A DNA stretch of 63,375 nt, the filler included, from Pelomyxa schiedti (taxonomy: Eukaryota; Protista; Evosea): NCBI GenBank assembly GCA_020536535.1. It is 8 parts of 8 records of this genome, joined end to end, with 100 filler letters (N's around TTAATTAATTAA, not from the genome) between each part and the next. Parts side by side here need not be neighbours in the genome. Positions count along the whole stretch, not along the records: positions 57,835 to 61,600 come from JAHLWZ010001687.1; positions 61,701 to 63,375 come from JAHLWZ010002345.1; 6 more parts are not named here. One strand, 5' to 3'. The notes under the pieces were generated by a model. The model made no database searches, was not told the origin of the DNA, and worked only from the letters and a program-made list of their open reading frames with translations. Each line of letters begins with the position of its first letter. Within the stretch, counting starts at the first letter, position 1. A program made the translations under genes and the position numbers. Of this stretch, positions 57,866-63,375 are shown piece by piece.

Positions 57866-58357
57866 TTAGCTAAAGGGGACAACACTGTAGTAGTGTGTGT
57901 GGCACCTGTTGGTAGCAATCCAGTTGAAGTACCCTTTGTTGCACCCATCCTCACCGCACCCGTCACCGCAGTCGTCGCCGCACCTGTTGCCGCCATCGTT
58001 GCCGCCATCGTCGCCGCACCCGTCGCCACCATCGTCGCCGCACCCGTCGCTGCCATCGTCGCCGCACTCGTCACCGCACCTGTCGCCGCACTTGTCACCA
58101 ATGATGTAGCTCCCCCCATGGCAGCCACCACACATTTCGCTGCCGCACCAGTCGCCACCACGCCGGTCCCTGCCCCACTGAAAGCACTCACCACATTTGT
58201 TGCCCCTGTTGTCACCACCATTGTTCCCCCTGTTGCTGCCATAGTCACCTCCCCCATCGTCCCACCCAACAACACACGTGTCACCACTTGGAGGCACAAA
58301 TAACGACGTTCCTGTGTCTACCTCAGTTGTTGCTCTCGTTGGTTTATTGCCTCCCAT
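57866..58357 (-). other. Low-complexity tandem-repeat ORF (CGDDG-like units); coding frame unresolved
   Basis: 12/24-bp units (gtcgccgcaccc, gccatcgtcgcc) open in several frames; ATG-to-stop ORF rich in G/D/C. Confidence 0.35.
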
Positions 58358-59380
58358 CACTATGCAACAACCAATTTTTTTTTCTTGTCTTTAGTACTAG
58401 AACAAGATCGTCACTATTATACACAGTAACAAAGGGATCAAAGAACCCCATCGTGTTTGTCTGGGACAAATAAGCAAGACCAGGCCTTTTGCAGTGAGGA
58501 ATAACAGCTAGGTGCAAACCACTTATCACCGGGCAGTGATTTTTCACAGCTTTTTGACTGGATCACCGCCCAAAAAAACGGGGCAGAGCCGTTTACAGGA
58601 ACTTGATAGGGAAAAAAAATCACCGCCCGTTGATCCAGATATGCCACCCAACGGTATCATATCACGTATGCCTTCCAATGTGCCACTCCTGTCATTATCT
58701 TGACAGCGATGGACCCTGTGTATCACCAAGAAATATCCACTCTCCCACGGCCAAGCCACAACCCACTTGCTGTTGGTGATGCCAGCATCCAACCGACAAA
58801 AAGTTTGGAGCACCCCACCACCACCATCACCTCCTCCTTGAATCGACAAACAATCACCACCACCTCCAGAATCACCACTTTTTGGAGTAGCAGCAACACT
58901 TCCTTCTGCTTCTTCTTCTGCTGCTGCTCCTGGACTTGGGCAACAAAAAGCATACACACTGGATGGAACTGGATTCCTCGGGGAATACATAGACGGGCCA
59001 TACACCTGCCATAGGTACTCATTGGGGCTGATCCACTTTTCAGCCTGCTGCCCGGGGTCGAGGCTGTGCACGACGGCGGGGCCTCGCACCACGCCCAGGG
59101 TAACGGTAGACACGCACAGCGAGATGGCGACGAGCGAGCCCCGCCCGCCGCGGTGCGGCCCGAGCCTGGCCGAGACGACGAAGGCCTTCGTGCCGCGGAC
59201 GACGCCGCGAAGAGGTCGCGCCACATGGAGAGCATCAGGGGGGAGTTGGACGCGGCGAGGCGCGCCGGGCTGCCGGCCCCGCAGTAGCGCCGCGAACTGC
59301 TCCCGGCACGTGCCTGCCCCGGCGGAAGTGTCTGATGTGGCCGCTTTTTTCGGCGGTGCTGGTGCCGTGCCTCTTCATTG
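58344..59380 (-). pseudogene. Frameshifted distant member of the family A/B superfamily
   Basis: CREQFAALL...MWRDL in one frame; VSTVTLGVV...TNSKWVV in another; C-terminal pieces in a third. Confidence 0.6.
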
Positions 59381-59489
59381 CGTGGCGAAATCTAGTGGTA
59401 CCCCGAACAACTTGGCCCTGAACACAAGAACGAAAAACGCCCAATGAGCGGGATACCCAGGCAATCCAAAGTTACTGTTCCGCTGTTGC

Positions 59490-60131
59490 GTGCTATTCAT
59501 ACGTGCCGCTGACAATGCTGCTTGCGTTGGCAGTGACGGTCAGCCTGCTGCAAAAAATGGCGGAGGCGGCACCACCCCGACTCCAACGGCGGCCGCCACA
59601 ACCACAAGTTCTTCTTCCAACACTACTACTAATTGTAACGTGGTGCATCACTTCAAGTGTGTTTGTGAGCAGGAGAAGTGGTGGAGGGGGAGCTCAGCCA
59701 GCCTCAGTGACAACTTCATCGGGTGGGTGGCCGGCAACCACTCGTCGGTGCACATCACGCTTGGAAACGGCGGCTGCATCGTCGTGGACATCGAGCCTAT
59801 CTTCCGAGTTGTGCTTGAACCATACACTCCTGTTTCAGGTAACTACAAACGGGTCTGGACCGTTCTTCCTTCCTTCCTTTCTTTCTTGTGTGGAAAATCC
59901 CCATTATTTATTTGCTTTTCAGAGCCAACACCACCTGGGACGACAGGAGTGACTATAAGAGAAAATCAAGTGCCACGGTACCAAATGGAAACGGGTGGTG
60001 AAAGATCACACGAATCTATGAAATGGAAGCTTGTTTATTCGCATTCTGCAGACGGCAAGCCAAAATTCGGCAGTCTGAGTGATCTGGTGGCTGAGTGCAG
60101 GCAGGGCCACGATGTGAAAGTCGGCCATTGA
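59490..60131 (+). CDS. Hypothetical protein, start unresolved, probable intron ~59840-59921
   Basis: 213-codon ORF with a GT..AG segment; no domain recognised. Confidence 0.35.
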   Translation: MLFIRAADNAACVGSDGQPAAKNGGGGTTPTPTAAATTTSSSSNTTTNCNVVHHFKCVCEQEKWWRGSSASLSDNFIGWVAGNHSSVHITLGNGGCIVVDIEPIFRVVLEPYTPVSGNYKRVWTVLPSFLSFLCGKSPLFICFSEPTPPGTTGVTIRENQVPRYQMETGGERSHESMKWKLVYSHSADGKPKFGSLSDLVAECRQGHDVKVGH

Positions 60132-60808
60132 AGACCTCCTCGTTTCTTCCCACTGTTCCCTCTTGGTTTCTCTGACACACTTAAACGAAAAGGGGCAAAT
60201 ATGGGTAAACAGGCATTTATTCCTGCGGAGCATCTGTTTGTGTCAGACACAATCGTGTCGATGTCAAATACATCCCACATTTCCGTGTGTACATTCATGC
60301 CCGTATTCGCTAACTGTCACCAGATGAACAACAATACCGAGCAGGAATTAGTCTTCCAGAACGATGCTTACCACTGGTTTGTTACAGTAAACACAACAGG
60401 CCGTATGGACCAGGCACGGTGGTCTGTTGGTGCCCACCAAGATCGCGGTCACACTGGTGACAACTATGCCTTGGATTGGTACTGCCGCTCCTAGGAAGAT
60501 TCACGCAGTTGCCCAAGTATTTTTAGTTTCTGTGTTCTTTCAAAAAAAAACTGCCTGCACCCAGCACTTCCAGTTACACCTCTTTGTTGTGCCTCACAAA
60601 GAGGTTTTTGCTTTCTATTCTTCCCTAGTAGGTGCATGCAGGGATTATGGATGTGCAAAGGGCCTCGGTCTCCTGGTTATTCAACAGATGACACGAAGTT
60701 GAAGGTTACAACTGAGACGTTATACTTGCCCTCACGCCGCACTCACTGTAATAAATTGAAATTTATTTAATTTTCAGTAGTTTACTATCATAATGTAGCA
60801 GACAATTC

Positions 60809-61411
60809 ATGGGGCCACGAGTGTGGATGGTCAAGGTAAACTCTTGCTCTTCTATAGTAGGGGCACCACAAATGAGACATCAACAAATCAATATGTACGG
60901 TTCCTTTCTGCAGGTTTTTTATGTAACACGAACATTGCAGATGGATTTGAGCGTTGTGGATTCTTCAATCGTTTTCAATGATTCAGCAGTCCCGCTGGGC
61001 GGGCTTGTCACCAGTGATGGAATTGTTGATAGCACAAACCATGACAACTCAATCACGTATGATGCACCAACTGATACCTTTTGGATGACAAGGTTTGAGA
61101 TCACCTTTCCCCACCAATTCTCAATTCACATACGCGAACGCTTCTCCAGTAAAAGTGAACTTCCCAGCAAGGATAGCTGGTTCACGATTCTTAGTTTGCC
61201 AATCAAAGTGGAATTCGTTCACATACCCGGATCGCACACATGCCGCCTGGATGAACCTCCTTTTATTTCTGTTTGCATGTATGAAACTGCAAATAGATGC
61301 TGGAGAGTGTGTTTAACACTGTTGTGGAACAGACCAGTTTTGATGCCACGTGTCAGTAGGGTCACAAAGGTAATTCAAAACTACAAGGCAAAATTCTACT
61401 GTTGCAAATAA
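60809..61411 (+). CDS. Hypothetical protein
   Basis: ATG-initiated 200-aa ORF only. Confidence 0.3.
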   Translation: MGPRVWMVKVNSCSSIVGAPQMRHQQINMYGSFLQVFYVTRTLQMDLSVVDSSIVFNDSAVPLGGLVTSDGIVDSTNHDNSITYDAPTDTFWMTRFEITFPHQFSIHIRERFSSKSELPSKDSWFTILSLPIKVEFVHIPGSHTCRLDEPPFISVCMYETANRCWRVCLTLLWNRPVLMPRVSRVTKVIQNYKAKFYCCK

Positions 61412-61481
61412 ATATGTGGACATCAATAGAGACTCACGCACTTATTTATGTGTATGTAGTTGTATTCTTACACTACCGTAG

Positions 61482-61600
61482 TGTTCTCGGTAGCTAGTGA
61501 GATAGACTTTAGATCGCGGGATTAGAATGGCAAGAGATTCACCAAAGCTAAGCTTGACACCTTTGGCACCATTCCCCTGCGTAGCATTTATAAGATCTCC
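61482..61600. repeat. Dispersed repeat R, reverse-orientation copy running into a gap
   Basis: Reverse complement matches 27885-28003 except one base (gtctatc vs gtatatc). Confidence 0.92.
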
Positions 61601-63375
61601 NNNNNNNNNNNNNNNNNNNNNNNNNNNNNNNNNNNNNNNNNNNNTTAATTAATTAANNNNNNNNNNNNNNNNNNNNNNNNNNNNNNNNNNNNNNNNNNNN
61701 GAAGAATAGATTGAACATCTGATGAACGTCATCACGTTGTGCATCACAGAAGAAGTAGAACTATGGACTAATAGAGGCAAACGAAAAGTCGCCTGCTGAT
61801 ATTGTGGATGATGAACGTGAACACACATCTGCGCCAGTTTCTTGGAGAACGGGCACCCTGAAGTCAAATGGGCTCCAGTTTGGCAAATTGGCCCCAAATT
61901 GTGGGTTTTCCCCAAATTGGGCACATTTTGGGCACCTCCACCTGCAGGTTCCTTATTCCAGATTGGAGAAGTCTGGGTTTTGGGCCCCAATTTGTGGTGA
62001 AGAAAAATCGCCAAGTCAGGTGTTGAGTGAGGTGGTTCCTAACGGCCAGAAATTCAGAACGTGTTGCCCCTTAGAAGACACCCAAAGTTGAGCTCCTCAA
62101 TTTTGAGTATGTTGTGCTTGCTGCAGGTGGGCCTAAGTCACAACATCAGAAACGAATGTCGGAATTTCCGGTAAAACAATCAGTTGCAACAAGAAAAAAT
62201 ACAAAATAAAAAAAACCTTCCGTGTCGGTGGTGCCTGGACCAACATATACGCACATGGACAGCGATTGTTGTGTGGTTGTTTGTTATCGTCTTATTTTCT
62301 TTTAATTAAAATTTTTGGTCTTTAAATAAACACCCCTCTTTGTTTCGTTTTGTGTTGGTTTTTCTAACACAACCTCCGTGGCGATGGAAGTGAAGTGGGG
62401 GAGGGATACCGATGGTATCAACTTGTTTTTTTTTTTGTTTTTTTGTGTTTAAACTTACTGTTGTATTCCATTTCCTCATGGTACCTAGGTCTGATTCCAT
62501 GCCGCACTCCGTCAGACTCCAACGGACAACCAAAGATACAGGTATCTTCTCTTGTTTCTTTTTCGAGTTCTCCCCCTTTCTAACCAGGTGGTTTTGCAAC
62601 TTGTCAGCTGCTGAGAGTCATCTTCACGGTAAATCCCCTCTCCTTTGTATCGTCACCCCACTCAACCATGATACGTAGGTGCCCCAAGCCCCAGTGTTGC
62701 ACACCACAGCCCCTTTCTGCATTTCCAACAGTGGCACTGGTATGTGCCTTCTTTTTTTTTTTTCCGCCCTGCAGCTCACATATGTTATTCAGGTGGCGGA
62801 CCTGCTGACAATCTATCACCAGGGTACATTCCCTCTCCCTTTTGTTACCACCACTCAACAACAACAGCGACAATGGATGTCACTTACTAATGGAGTGCAA
62901 TGTCAGGCTTTACCCGCCATTCACCCGCTTCACTTTGGAACCAACACCCCTTTGCTTTGCTCTTGCACACCTACACTCCTGCTCACTGGGCTCCTACACT
63001 CCACTCTGCCGCGTTCCCCAACTTACACTCACTCCACGCTGACCGGGAAGTTGGGTAGGTCCCATTGTCTTTCCTCTTTCTTCCTCTCACGTTTTCCACA
63101 GACTTAAGCCGACACCTTTGGAAATTGTTCTGCACTGACTTGGAATTCGGTTTGTACCCCACCATATGCTTCCTTGGTCACGCTAACACGCCGGCCAGAC
63201 CCCAGAACGATGTTGCACTGCACTGATTCAAAGCAGACTTCAGTCGGGGCCGCTGCTGCTTGCTGACTAGATGTTAGGTTGGCCCCCTTGTCTTGTCATT
63301 CTCTTCCTCTAACGTTTTCCACAGACTGAAGCTGAAACCGTTCCGGAATTGTTCCTCAGGGACTTGGGATTTGGT

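Noticed and set aside
60040-60110. KFGSLSDLV, resembling an SH2 C-terminal helix
   Set aside because: No upstream FLVR-like or GFIS-like SH2 motifs; probably coincidental.
28301-61700. Recurrent N-run + TTAATTAATTAA + N-run motif (e.g. 28345, 31239, 33193, 34812, 37054, 57779, 61645)
   Set aside because: Identical six-frame-stop linker always embedded in Ns; a scaffolding artifact, not a biological repeat or chromosome-breakage site.

Overview
Eukaryotic, intron-rich (mostly short GT-AG introns), gene-dense scaffold with N-gaps. Gene content (arginine deiminase, class I Fe-S fumarate hydratase, an iron-sulfur-flavoprotein-like gene, STAT-type SH2) points to an anaerobic amoebozoan, most plausibly an archamoeba such as Pelomyxa. 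That assignment is inference, not a database result. Recognisable genes: RRP36, BCP1/BCCIP, TFB2/GTF2H4, tRNA-Pro(CGG), LITAF, a DH-type RhoGEF, a RING-Bbox-Bbox-coil-NHL protein, a second B-box gene (frameshifted), DUF229, a TKL-like kinase, an MFS transporter and a plant-PGSIP7/8-like GT8. About a quarter of the window is a lineage-specific, intronless multigene superfamily: 7 close family-A copies plus about 5 distant relatives, several of them decaying. The most notable signals are (i) a Clostridia-like GNAT-SD-NUDIX operon fragment joined without a gap to host DNA, (ii) CpG-island-like 5' ends versus CpG-depleted gene bodies, suggesting methylation, (iii) a modular ~250-bp dispersed repeat in 4 copies, (iv) a STAT-like linker-SH2 protein with no DNA-binding domain, and (v) a contiguous ADI / FumA / membrane-anchored Isf-like anaerobic trio. 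I saw no CRISPR array, rRNA, transposase or reverse transcriptase. Multi-exon boundaries are hand-inferred and approximate.
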